Assembly (NCBI GenBank): GCA_963733675.1
Contig: CAVTET010000004.1
Coordinates: 288,001 to 352,000 of the forward strand
DNA length: 64,000 bases
Direction of reading: 5' to 3'
Source: an uncultured Methanosarcinaceae archaeon
GTDB lineage: Archaea > Halobacteriota > Methanosarcinia > Methanosarcinales > Methanosarcinaceae
Under the pieces are notes generated by a model. The model saw only the letters and a list, made by a program, of their open reading frames with translations, was not told where the DNA came from and searched no databases. The translations under genes were made by a program, and so were the position numbers. Of the stretch, positions 55,266 to 64,000 are shown one piece after another (position 1 is the stretch's first letter; every line of letters starts with the position of its first letter).

Positions 55266-55949
55266 ATGCCTGAAATAAATAAACTATATGATGGGATTTA
55301 TGAGGTTGTGAAAGACAAAAAGCATCTTGCTACACGGAATATTGACTTTGGTAAAGTAGTATACGGAGAAAAACTAATTACTTTTGAAGGGGTTGAGTAC
55401 CGAATATGGGACCCTCACAGGAGCAAGCTGGGAGCCATGATCCTAAAGAAGTTCAACATACCAATTAAAGAAGATTCTAAAGTTATCTATCTTGGAGCAG
55501 CATCAGGCACAACTGTCAGTCATGTATCTGACATCGTTTCAAACGGTGCAGTCTATGCCGTTGAGTTCGCCCCGCGAAGTATGAGAGATCTCATAGGACT
55601 TGCATCTAGACGGAAAAATATTTATCCAATCCTAGCTGATGCAAGGAAACCGGATAGTTATGCCCATCTGGTTGAACCTGTGGATCTCATCTTCCAGGAT
55701 GTTGCACAACCCAACCAGGTCGAAATAGCTACAAGAAATGCTTCTCGCTTTTTGAAAAGAGATGGGAATCTCCTGCTTTCTATCAAGGCACGAAGTATCG
55801 ATACTGTAGTAAACCCTAAAAAAATATTTACAAATGAGCTTCGAAAATTAGAGCAAACACTTGAACCAAAATTCGAAATCATTTGTGTAAAGAACCTGAT
55901 ACCCTATTATGAAGACCACCTCGGAGTTCTTGCAAAATTAGAAAGTTAA
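55266..55949 (+). CDS. flpA: Fibrillarin-like 2'-O-methyltransferase
   Basis: VYGEK, WDPHRSKL, YLGAASGTTVSHVSD, QDVAQPNQ. Confidence 0.95.
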   Translation: MPEINKLYDGIYEVVKDKKHLATRNIDFGKVVYGEKLITFEGVEYRIWDPHRSKLGAMILKKFNIPIKEDSKVIYLGAASGTTVSHVSDIVSNGAVYAVEFAPRSMRDLIGLASRRKNIYPILADARKPDSYAHLVEPVDLIFQDVAQPNQVEIATRNASRFLKRDGNLLLSIKARSIDTVVNPKKIFTNELRKLEQTLEPKFEIICVKNLIPYYEDHLGVLAKLES

Positions 55950-56114
55950 ATCATTATCACATCACTTAGTTATAAATTTTTAAGTAATTTTGGTGAAGTT
56001 ATTTTTCATTATCATAATAAACTATTTCATTATCTTAAATAATTTCTTTGATGTTTATCTTATTTATAAAATTAGTTTCATAACTGAAAACGTTCAGAAA
56101 TACTGTTTATTACA

Positions 56115-56204
56115 TCGGATTTCAATAAATCTATAAATATTTTCATATGCACATAAATGGTACATTAATTGACTCGTGAAGACACAGAGATTATCTAAAT
56201 CTTC
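56115..56204. mobile_element. Degenerate 90-bp-family MITE
   Basis: CGGATTTCAATAAATC...GATTATCTAAATCTTC; interior shares CATAAATGGTA and GACTCGTGAA with the 34551 copy. Confidence 0.6.
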
Positions 56205-56294
56205 TTAAACTCGATTTTTGCCATTTATGTTTAATTCAGGAAAAATTATTAAGTAAATGAAACGAAAGTACGATTTGGAACTTTTGTTCCAAAC

Positions 56295-57434
56295 CTACTC
56301 CAAAACTTTTAAATATTTTTCCCTGAATTCTGGGTTCCTCATAAGACAGTACTTTGCATTATATACAGGATCCTCCCGGATTTTCTTCCAAATATCTTTT
56401 ATTTTGTCTCTATAGACATTCCCATATGGAATCGGAATACAAGCACAGGGCAGGATGTTCCCTTCGGGGGTGATGTGCAACCATTTCCGGCCTGCCATAC
56501 ATCCAGTTGCCTTTATGACCTGGGGGATAGCAAAAACTCTTGGACCTTCTTTTTCCCTAGCAGTCGATAGAAAATTGTCAAATTTTCTCACATTTATCGG
56601 GTTCATGATTTCAGAAGCATGATTCATCCACCTCCCAGTAGGAACTATTTCGTACAAGGAGAGTTCGTGAACTCCAAGCTCTGAAGCAAGTGTATATATT
56701 TGTTCAAGCTCGTTTAAGTTATCCTTGGAAAGCACCACATACATATTCACGAGCAGATCTGCCTTAAGTCCATTTTTAATTGCCTCAACTGCACTGCTGA
56801 AAACCCCTTTTCTACCCCTGACATAATCGTGCTTATCTTCAAACGCACTGTCAAAACTGACAGTAAGGGAATAAAGGCCTGCTTCTTTCAAGCTTCTTGC
56901 TCTCTCTTCAGTCAGCCCAACTCCAGAGGTAAACATTCCACAGATGGCCTTTGCAGGGTCTACATGATTAATTAGGTATTCTAACCCAGGGTATGTAAGA
57001 GGTTCGCCTCCGTCAAAGATCACGAAGGTCGTGCCCATCTCGAGAACCTGATCAATTGTAGATTTCACTGCTTCAGGTGTAAGTTTCGCCTGGTTTTTCG
57101 TATCAGGAAGAGCACAGTGGATACAGTTGTTGGGACATTCCTCAGTTATGGAAATGGTTACCTGATCAGGAACCATTTTGCCCAGAATGGACAAAAGCTG
57201 GCTTTTAACCAGGCGATCAAAACCCAGGCTCGGAATAGGGGGTAGCCAGGTCGAACAAATAAGCCTGTCTGAATCTATTTTTGCAGGTTTTTCTCCTTCA
57301 AAAATTGAGAGGATTTTCCCAATATTTTTTCGCATAATTACGGACGCTGGCCTGCTGGTTATTACCCTCATGCGCCCTTCGTCTATTTTGATAGATACTC
57401 TTAGAAAGGGGCTTTTATAAAAATCATACTTCAT
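56295..57434 (-). CDS. Radical SAM/SPASM(Twitch) protein of unknown function
   Basis: CPNNCIHC, FDGGEP, GCMAGRKWLHITPEGNILPCAC. Confidence 0.88.
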   Translation of the reverse strand: MKYDFYKSPFLRVSIKIDEGRMRVITSRPASVIMRKNIGKILSIFEGEKPAKIDSDRLICSTWLPPIPSLGFDRLVKSQLLSILGKMVPDQVTISITEECPNNCIHCALPDTKNQAKLTPEAVKSTIDQVLEMGTTFVIFDGGEPLTYPGLEYLINHVDPAKAICGMFTSGVGLTEERARSLKEAGLYSLTVSFDSAFEDKHDYVRGRKGVFSSAVEAIKNGLKADLLVNMYVVLSKDNLNELEQIYTLASELGVHELSLYEIVPTGRWMNHASEIMNPINVRKFDNFLSTAREKEGPRVFAIPQVIKATGCMAGRKWLHITPEGNILPCACIPIPYGNVYRDKIKDIWKKIREDPVYNAKYCLMRNPEFREKYLKVLE

Positions 57435-57517
57435 ATTTTATCCTACATATGATAGTTGATGCTGATATGTGTGCAAATCCTATTTTTTATTTAAATTGAT
57501 CTTTTAAAATCCCAAGT

Positions 57518-58675
57518 TCATTTGTTTCTGAGAAGTGCTCTGCAATTCAATATTGAAGAGGGTTTTTTCTTCAACATGAATGCAAAGATCTGTATCGCCT
57601 GCTCAACTGAAGTTCCATGAATGAATGAGAGATTTTCCTTCTCAAAAACAGTTACCATCTCATCAATTTCACTATCTGTCATTTTTCTCAGAGTTTCAAG
57701 CCCTATGCGGCCGATGTAGTGTTCTACCTTAAATTCCTTTTCCCAAATCTTCCGGTACTCTAATAGGGAATTTCTTGAGATGTCCCCCTTTCTTATAGCA
57801 TCTGCAGCCACATCTCCGCATATCTGGCCTGCTCTCATTGCATAGCCTATCCCAGACTGACCAGCTGCCCCGCCAACGACCATGATCCCATCAGTAATAA
57901 ACTCATTTGGAAGTGTTACTATAGGGTCTCCGCCAGAAAATTTTCTTACAATTTCAAAATCTATTAGTCCTTTCATTTTTTTGAATTTTTCAATCCAAGA
58001 GTTCAGGTAAGGCGTTGCATCCTTTCCACATCTGCGCACATATGCCCCAATTGAAGCATTGTCTCCCCCCCTTGGAGAATAAGTGGTCTTCCATCCAGGC
58101 GCATGATTCCCTACGTAATATTCAAACATTTTTGATTTACCAATGTCAGAAGCCCGAATTTCAAGTTCAATTCCCCAAGCAATGTCTCCCGGATGCTTCA
58201 TCGTTTTCAGCCCGATAAAGGATGCCATTTTCGAATTAACGCCGTCAGAGATAATAACAAGTTTTGACTTAAAAATTCCGGCCGAGGTTTTGACAGAAAA
58301 TGTTTTCCCGTCCCTGAGAATATTCTGTGCTTCGATCCCTTTTTGAAGATCTACGCCGATTTTGATAATTTCTTTCGCATAAAATCTGTCGAACTTTGTT
58401 TTATCAATAGCATATCCAGGGGTCTCAACCTCTAATATCCTTCCCGCCGGAGAAATAATTTGCATGCCCTTGAGATAATGCATTACATAAGAGGAATCTA
58501 CTGTCTCTCCACATTTATCGAACATACTCTTAAAAAAAGAATTTGCAGGATGTGAAGGGTTTCCAATATCTTCTTTTTTTTCTAGCAAAAGAACTGTAGA
58601 GCCTTTTTCACACGCGTTCCTTGCAGCCATCAGTCCTGCAGGAGATACTCCAATCACAATAATATCCGCATCCAT
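57518..58675 (-). CDS. Geranylgeranyl reductase-family flavoprotein
   Basis: IIVIGVSPAG FAD start, IDKTKFDR, ISDGVNS, VVGGAAG..GIGYAMRAG. Confidence 0.8.
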   Translation of the reverse strand: MDADIIVIGVSPAGLMAARNACEKGSTVLLLEKKEDIGNPSHPANSFFKSMFDKCGETVDSSYVMHYLKGMQIISPAGRILEVETPGYAIDKTKFDRFYAKEIIKIGVDLQKGIEAQNILRDGKTFSVKTSAGIFKSKLVIISDGVNSKMASFIGLKTMKHPGDIAWGIELEIRASDIGKSKMFEYYVGNHAPGWKTTYSPRGGDNASIGAYVRRCGKDATPYLNSWIEKFKKMKGLIDFEIVRKFSGGDPIVTLPNEFITDGIMVVGGAAGQSGIGYAMRAGQICGDVAADAIRKGDISRNSLLEYRKIWEKEFKVEHYIGRIGLETLRKMTDSEIDEMVTVFEKENLSFIHGTSVEQAIQIFAFMLKKKPSSILNCRALLRNK

Positions 58676-58691
58676 GTTCCCATACATTTTT

Positions 58692-59633
58692 TCACCAGAG
58701 AATGGAGATATAAGATCCCGCATAAATGCACATCACCACATCCAGAATCATTGATCCGAACATGATTGCTCTGTAATTTGAGCCTTTAAGGAAGATTGCC
58801 CCTCCTCTCTCCGGGGTAGGGTGCCTGATAAAGTCAAAACACTGGACAAGCATCCAGAGTCCTGAGGCAAAAGCACCTACAAAATATATAGGCCCAAGAT
58901 GGGCAGACCAGCCGATAAGCATTGATGCAATAACTCCGACAATCCACCAGATAGTAACAAATCTGGCGGTAAAAGGAATTCCAAAAGTCACTGGCATTGT
59001 AGGGGCACCCTTAATCCTGTCCCCTTCCAAGTCTCTGGAAACACCTCCAAGAGTAAAAGCCCAGTCTGTAACACACATCATGAGCCCGAAAAAAAGAGCT
59101 GGCAAGGGCAGAGTTACTCCGTCGCCGCCTTTCAGCAGCCCTATAGGGTCAAAGGCAACCCAAATACCTATAGGCACAAGCCCATAGGAGATGCCCACGG
59201 GCAAAAAGCTGAGAAAGGTGTGTCTCTTTGCAAAGATCGAATAAATGGTGATAATTCCGACCGCAATAAAAAGTATAAGGAGAGATTCAGGGTTCAGATA
59301 AGTGGCTGATGCGCCTGCTATTACTAACAGCAAGAAGACATAAATAAGAGCCGAATTTTTTGAGATTCTGGAAGATGGTAGAGGGCGGCCTGGCAGATTA
59401 ATCATATCTATATCAATATCGCAGCAATCGTTAAAAACGTATGAACTGGTAATCGCTGCAAAGCCGCCTATTACTGCAATCAAGAAGGGAATAAGTTTCG
59501 GAAGCCCTCCAGTTGCTATATAAGAGGCCAGAATTGCACTCGAAGATGGAAGTGTAAGATCCATGTAGTAGAGTTCGGGCCTCAAAAGCCTAAGGTAAGG
59601 ACTGAGTTCCCCGATTCTTGCTGTAAGAGACAA
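58692..59633 (-). CDS. UbiA-family prenyltransferase
   Basis: RLLRP, FNDCCDIDIDMINLPGRPLPS, RDLEGDRIKG; multiple TM segments. Confidence 0.9.
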   Translation of the reverse strand: MSLTARIGELSPYLRLLRPELYYMDLTLPSSSAILASYIATGGLPKLIPFLIAVIGGFAAITSSYVFNDCCDIDIDMINLPGRPLPSSRISKNSALIYVFLLLVIAGASATYLNPESLLILFIAVGIITIYSIFAKRHTFLSFLPVGISYGLVPIGIWVAFDPIGLLKGGDGVTLPLPALFFGLMMCVTDWAFTLGGVSRDLEGDRIKGAPTMPVTFGIPFTARFVTIWWIVGVIASMLIGWSAHLGPIYFVGAFASGLWMLVQCFDFIRHPTPERGGAIFLKGSNYRAIMFGSMILDVVMCIYAGSYISILW

Positions 59634-59902
59634 TTATTTCACCTCTTTTTTTCTAATGGATATTGAAGTCTTTTTACCAGAATAATTATACTTTAGGCTT
59701 TTTTTAATTTATAAAGTTGCTTGCAATAAGTCCTATAAAGGTTCGCATCTCAAAAAGTTTTTCTTTTTACTTTTTTCAGAGACAACATTTTATTTATGAG
59801 AACTAGTGAAGGAGTTATAAGGAAATCAAAAGAATATATTCGGAAGTCTGAAAGATTGTTGAATGTTCAATGTCGTTAAAAAGCTTATAAAGAGCCCATT
59901 TA

Positions 59903-61375
59903 TTATTTTTTCCCCAAAGCCTCCCTATAGACCAGTTTTGCATTTTTGCTTATTTCTTCAAATAGCGGATGCTTAAACTCATTTTCGCAGACAAAGGTAA
60001 ACTCTGCGTGCGGGTTCAAGACAATTAGTTTAAGAGTATTTAGAAGAGCTGTGCTGAGGGCTTCGTAGTCAGGAAATTTTGGGACCTCGGCATTGAAAGG
60101 ATATACTTCTTCCATTTCAACAGGAAATGCCCCGAATGGTGCTTTGAAATTAAGGATTTGATCGTAGCTGGCTTCTCCTTTCACAGGGTCTGTACGAATA
60201 AGTACCGAGCCTTCAAAGCTAAACCTTTCAAGCCGTTTTCCAAAACGTAGGATTTCTGGTCGCGAGGATGATTCTGGCCCACAGTAAAAATATACTCCTT
60301 TTGTGGCCGGATCCAACTGTTCAAGCCAGGGTGAGTGCTTATAGAGTTTTTTCAGTCCTTCAAGAAGCTTTGGATGAGAACGGCAGCGTTTCTCTACAAG
60401 TTCGAGCAGTTTTCCGTCCCTTATGCATTGTTTAATAAGCTGGATTTCGGCAAAAGTTGCGTAGAGGTTGTGTTTTCCCAAAAGTTCTTCTCTATTATCT
60501 GCTTTTTTAAGTTCTTGTGCGGTATATTTTGAACAAACCGGACAGAAACAGGGTAAATAATTTAGTTTTTCTACATGATAAGTTCCGTTTACAGTAATAT
60601 AGCGCCCGTCCTTGGCATAAATAGCATAAGCTGCAGAATCAAAAAGATCGCACCCAAGTGCTACTGTGAGAGCGAACATCATTGGATGCCCTGCCCCGAA
60701 AAGGTGTACAGGTGAGACTGGAGAAAGACTTTTTTTGGATATCGCAATTAAGTCAACTAGTTCTGAATAACGGTATGCTTCCATGAGCGGAACGATTGCT
60801 CCTAGAGAATATACCTCAAATTTGAGGTTTTTCAGTTGGGAAGCAGCCTTTTTTCTTAGATCAAGGTAGGTTGAGCCCTGCAATGGCCCTGCAAGGAGCT
60901 GTTCACCCTGAATAAACTTACGGGCAACTTCCAGGCGTTCATATGTGATAGCAAGCTCCTCTTCAGCCCTTTTATAGTGAACATCCGGGGGTGTTGGGAT
61001 GTCAAGAGGGACAATAATATCGCTTCCTATCTTTTGCTGAAATCCAATAATCTCCTCATTTGTTACTTCAACAGAACCATATACTGAAAGCTGGAAAGAA
61101 CCAGAGTCTGTCATAATGGGCCCGTCAAAATCCAGGAGCCTATGCAGCCCTTTCTCAAGAGCAATTTTGCGCAGCTCTTCCTTTCGGTAGATAATATACG
61201 AATTAGTAATCAGGATTTCCGCCCCAAAGTTTCCCATTTCTCTCGGAGAAATTAGCTGGATATTCGGATTGATTACAGGCATTACTGTAGGTGTCTCAAC
61301 AGTTCCATGGAGAGTCCTGAGCTTCCCTATTCTGCCACCTGCGTCCTTGTCAAGAATTTTGAATACTACTGACAT
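59903..61375 (-). CDS. tgtA: Archaeosine tRNA-guanine(15) transglycosylase
   Basis: ETPTVMPVINP, MTDSGSFQL, VHLFGAGHP, CFCPVC...HNL. Confidence 0.95.
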   Translation of the reverse strand: MSVVFKILDKDAGGRIGKLRTLHGTVETPTVMPVINPNIQLISPREMGNFGAEILITNSYIIYRKEELRKIALEKGLHRLLDFDGPIMTDSGSFQLSVYGSVEVTNEEIIGFQQKIGSDIIVPLDIPTPPDVHYKRAEEELAITYERLEVARKFIQGEQLLAGPLQGSTYLDLRKKAASQLKNLKFEVYSLGAIVPLMEAYRYSELVDLIAISKKSLSPVSPVHLFGAGHPMMFALTVALGCDLFDSAAYAIYAKDGRYITVNGTYHVEKLNYLPCFCPVCSKYTAQELKKADNREELLGKHNLYATFAEIQLIKQCIRDGKLLELVEKRCRSHPKLLEGLKKLYKHSPWLEQLDPATKGVYFYCGPESSSRPEILRFGKRLERFSFEGSVLIRTDPVKGEASYDQILNFKAPFGAFPVEMEEVYPFNAEVPKFPDYEALSTALLNTLKLIVLNPHAEFTFVCENEFKHPLFEEISKNAKLVYREALGKK

Positions 61376-61499
61376 GCCGGTATTATAGATGCTCACCAGA
61401 TATATTTATCTTTGGGACTGAAGATAAACTCGAGAAAAGTGAACGAAAGCCTCTATATATACTTTCCCAAGCTTTAAAAAACTGGGAAAAAAGGATTTT

Positions 61500-62150
61500 T
61501 AAGTTAGAATTCGTGTGTCTAACTAATTTTCCTGGATTTTTTCCTACCTCAATCTTTTCTTGCTCAAGACATGAAATGATTTTCCCGAAACTGTAGGAAG
61601 AAGAAATCACTACTCTGGGATGGTCCGATTACAAAGACCACATATGTTCCCAATTAAATGTCTCCTATAGCTATAATTACCGTGTCATGAGAAACAAGAA
61701 TATTCCTTATTTAGCTGCCATAATTGCAACATCTGTAGCTACTTCGAAGTTTATTCCAAAGAGATATCTGAATATAAGGAATAATTTCCACTATGGAATA
61801 ATCTCCTAACTTCTTTGTGACCGAGCATTCAATTTCGTAAAAAATATCTGATTGAGTGAAAATTACTTTCCGGGCTCTTCAGATTTCTTATTATATTATC
61901 CTTCTATTTTCCACTAGCCTTTTTCTTTCTGGCAATAACGGTAGCTTATCCAGATAAATTTAATTCCGTTACCCTTTAAATCCTCAGTCACTCATATAGC
62001 GATTTTTCCGCTCATGCTAGCTGCTACAATATGGAATATTCCCAACTATGATGGTCTTCTTGATGCTACCTCAAAAATTGCTTTCATACTTGACTCTCCT
62101 ACACTGTATCGATGGAAAACAGATTTTTCCGATGATATTCTTCTGTTCAT
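61500..62150 (-). pseudogene. Pyruvate-kinase C-terminal-like (alpha/beta) domain protein, heavily degraded
   Basis: Fragments LGIFHIVAASMSG, VIFTQSDIFYEIECSVTKKLG and EVATDVAIMAA; many stops. Confidence 0.6.
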
Positions 62151-62513
62151 TCGTATTTTGTATCCTGCTTGGACTCTTTTTTGCGGTTCCTTTTCTAACC
62201 TATGCTCATCCTGACAACCATTACACAAACTAAGCTCCTCCTGAGCGTTCCCATCGAGGAAATAAATTTTATTTAACTTAAAATATATTTTAATTATAAA
62301 TAAAAATCTTTCAGGAGAAAAAATATATATTAAAACGAGTCTATTTTAATAAAAAAGAGAGTTATGAAATTCGGAAATCCGGTTTCATCGCATAATTTTT
62401 TTTTGTTGACGTCAATGCAGAAAACAAAGCAGAGCAGGCTGCTGAAAAAATTGTTTATCTATGATTAGGTCAGATATAATCATAGGGGTCGCATTTTATA
62501 GAGGTGATTTTTT

Positions 62514-63260
62514 TTGTCAGCTACGGATTATGACAATAATGATGTGAAGATTAGTACCAAACCTTTAAAGTCAAAAAACCCGATGTTAATTGAAGGCTTT
62601 CCAGGAATCGGACTCGTGGGGAATATAGCAAGCCAGCATATAATCGAAGAATTGAATATGGAATACATTGGTTCCATTGACTCCAGATATTTCCCCTCTA
62701 TTGCAGTACTATATGAGGGCCTTATAAACATGCCCGTAAGGATCTACGAAAAAGAGGATCGGAACCTGATCATCGTAATTTCCGATATCCCTATCAGTCA
62801 CTCAGTCTCTTACGATGTCAGTAATGCTCTTGTGGACTGGGCCCAGTCTATTAATGTAAAAGAAATAGTTTCCATTGCGGGAATTGCTATTATGGACGGA
62901 GGGCATAAAGTCTTTGGAGCAGCCACCATGCCGGAAATGTTGGAAAAAATCAGGAGTAAAGTAGAGATTTTCCAGATGGGAACTATTTCCGGGATTTCAG
63001 GCAGCGTAATGACTGAATGCCTGATGCGTGGGATTCCTGCACTTAGTTTACTGGGAGCTACCAGAACTCAGAACCCGGACCCAAGAGCTGCATCTGCTGT
63101 TATTGAAGTTTTAAACGAGCTTTATGAGCTGTCGATAGATACTCAGAGGCTTGTAGAACAGGCTGAACGCATAGAAATAGAACTTCAGAAGCTTGCTGAA
63201 GATGTCCAGACAACTGAGCAGAAAGGGGAAGTAAAAAAGGAATTTCCAATGTACGGGTGA
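62514..63260 (+). CDS. Proteasome assembly chaperone (PAC2/PbaA-B family)
   Basis: LIEGFPGIGLVGNIA, PVRIY, PDPRAA. Confidence 0.9.
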   Translation: MSATDYDNNDVKISTKPLKSKNPMLIEGFPGIGLVGNIASQHIIEELNMEYIGSIDSRYFPSIAVLYEGLINMPVRIYEKEDRNLIIVISDIPISHSVSYDVSNALVDWAQSINVKEIVSIAGIAIMDGGHKVFGAATMPEMLEKIRSKVEIFQMGTISGISGSVMTECLMRGIPALSLLGATRTQNPDPRAASAVIEVLNELYELSIDTQRLVEQAERIEIELQKLAEDVQTTEQKGEVKKEFPMYG

Positions 63261-63264
63261 TCTC

Positions 63265-63654
63265 ATGGAGTACATAGCATTAACAGGAATTGCTGATTCT
63301 GTAATCGATATCCTGAAAAAACATAATCTCAGAACTCTTGAGATCCGAAATCCTCTAAATTTTTTAGGAATAATTGAGCTTAATGTGGGAGATGATGTTC
63401 TTCTGACATCTACCAGCCTTCAGGACATTAAAGAGGGGACCCCAGGTCTTATAGCAAGGGTTATGCAGAAGCAAATCTCCGTTCATTCTATTCTCAGCTC
63501 AAACGATATTTATATTGAAGAACGAGAAACTATGTCTGTCCGTATTCAACTTGAATACAGGTCTATAGCAAGGGTGAAAAGCGTCATTTCAAATAAACTG
63601 GGAAAACCAATAAGGATAGATGCGAGGGAGATTTCATGCTACGAAGCCAGATAA
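63265..63654 (+). CDS. DUF473 family protein
   Basis: ALTGI...RTLEIRNPLNF...EERET pattern. Confidence 0.75.
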   Translation: MEYIALTGIADSVIDILKKHNLRTLEIRNPLNFLGIIELNVGDDVLLTSTSLQDIKEGTPGLIARVMQKQISVHSILSSNDIYIEERETMSVRIQLEYRSIARVKSVISNKLGKPIRIDAREISCYEAR

Positions 63655-63832
63655 CAATTTTATTAACTGATTTAATCTCTAAAAATGGCTCTATGAACTA
63701 AATTTTCTTTAGTTTTTCGCCACCTAAGTTTCAGGAGATAACTATCAATTTCCAAGGCAGAAAGATAGCTTTCTGTCCGATTTTTTCCTTGGGAAAACTT
63801 TTCGAAAATTGAACAAAAAGATGTTCATCAAT

Positions 63833-63922
63833 AGAGATTTTTGATAACCCTCTAATTTCCAAAAGTCATTGATATACCATTTAGAATAATATGAAAAAAT
63901 GTAGAGATTTATCGAAATACGA
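63833..63922. mobile_element. Degenerate 90-bp-family MITE
   Basis: GAGATTTTTGATAAAC...GATTTATCGAAATAC. Confidence 0.6.
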
Positions 63923-64000
63923 ATGATAAGTTGGCATTCCTCCAAAATATATGTATATAATGTTCTTTGTAAATTCTTTCCCTACATCATAGTTTTTTGT

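Overview
This is a 64-kb chromosomal window from a Methanosarcina-like methanogenic archaeon. The assignment rests on methanogenesis marker 2, ahbC-hemD-cobA, the methanoredoxin/ferredoxin:disulfide reductase pair, RFAP synthase, nop5-fibrillarin, tgtA and archaeal alaS. Housekeeping genes are mostly intact. Many accessory genes, a cdc6/orc1 paralog and a tRNA-Leu(GAG) gene are decayed, and the AT-rich intergenic DNA holds IS6, IS200, IS1634 and ISH3 remnants plus two multi-copy MITE families. The best candidate for an undescribed system is an intact 2326-bp transposon (15198-17523) with IS903-like ends and a perfect 9-bp target duplication. It has asymmetric arrays of a 12-bp subterminal motif and a DDE transposase with an N-terminal SWIM zinc finger. 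It also carries a divergent ribbon-helix-helix gene with a palindromic candidate operator and an unannotated 38-aa hydrophobic peptide gene with its own terminator. Other points of note are a decayed membrane protein/SIR2/STAND-NTPase cluster, an exported protein with articulin/alveolin-like 12-aa VPV repeats, a 150-bp IS6-type MITE that is nearly open for 50 codons, and a UbiA/geranylgeranyl reductase/radical SAM operon. All calls come from visual motif recognition only; no searches were run.
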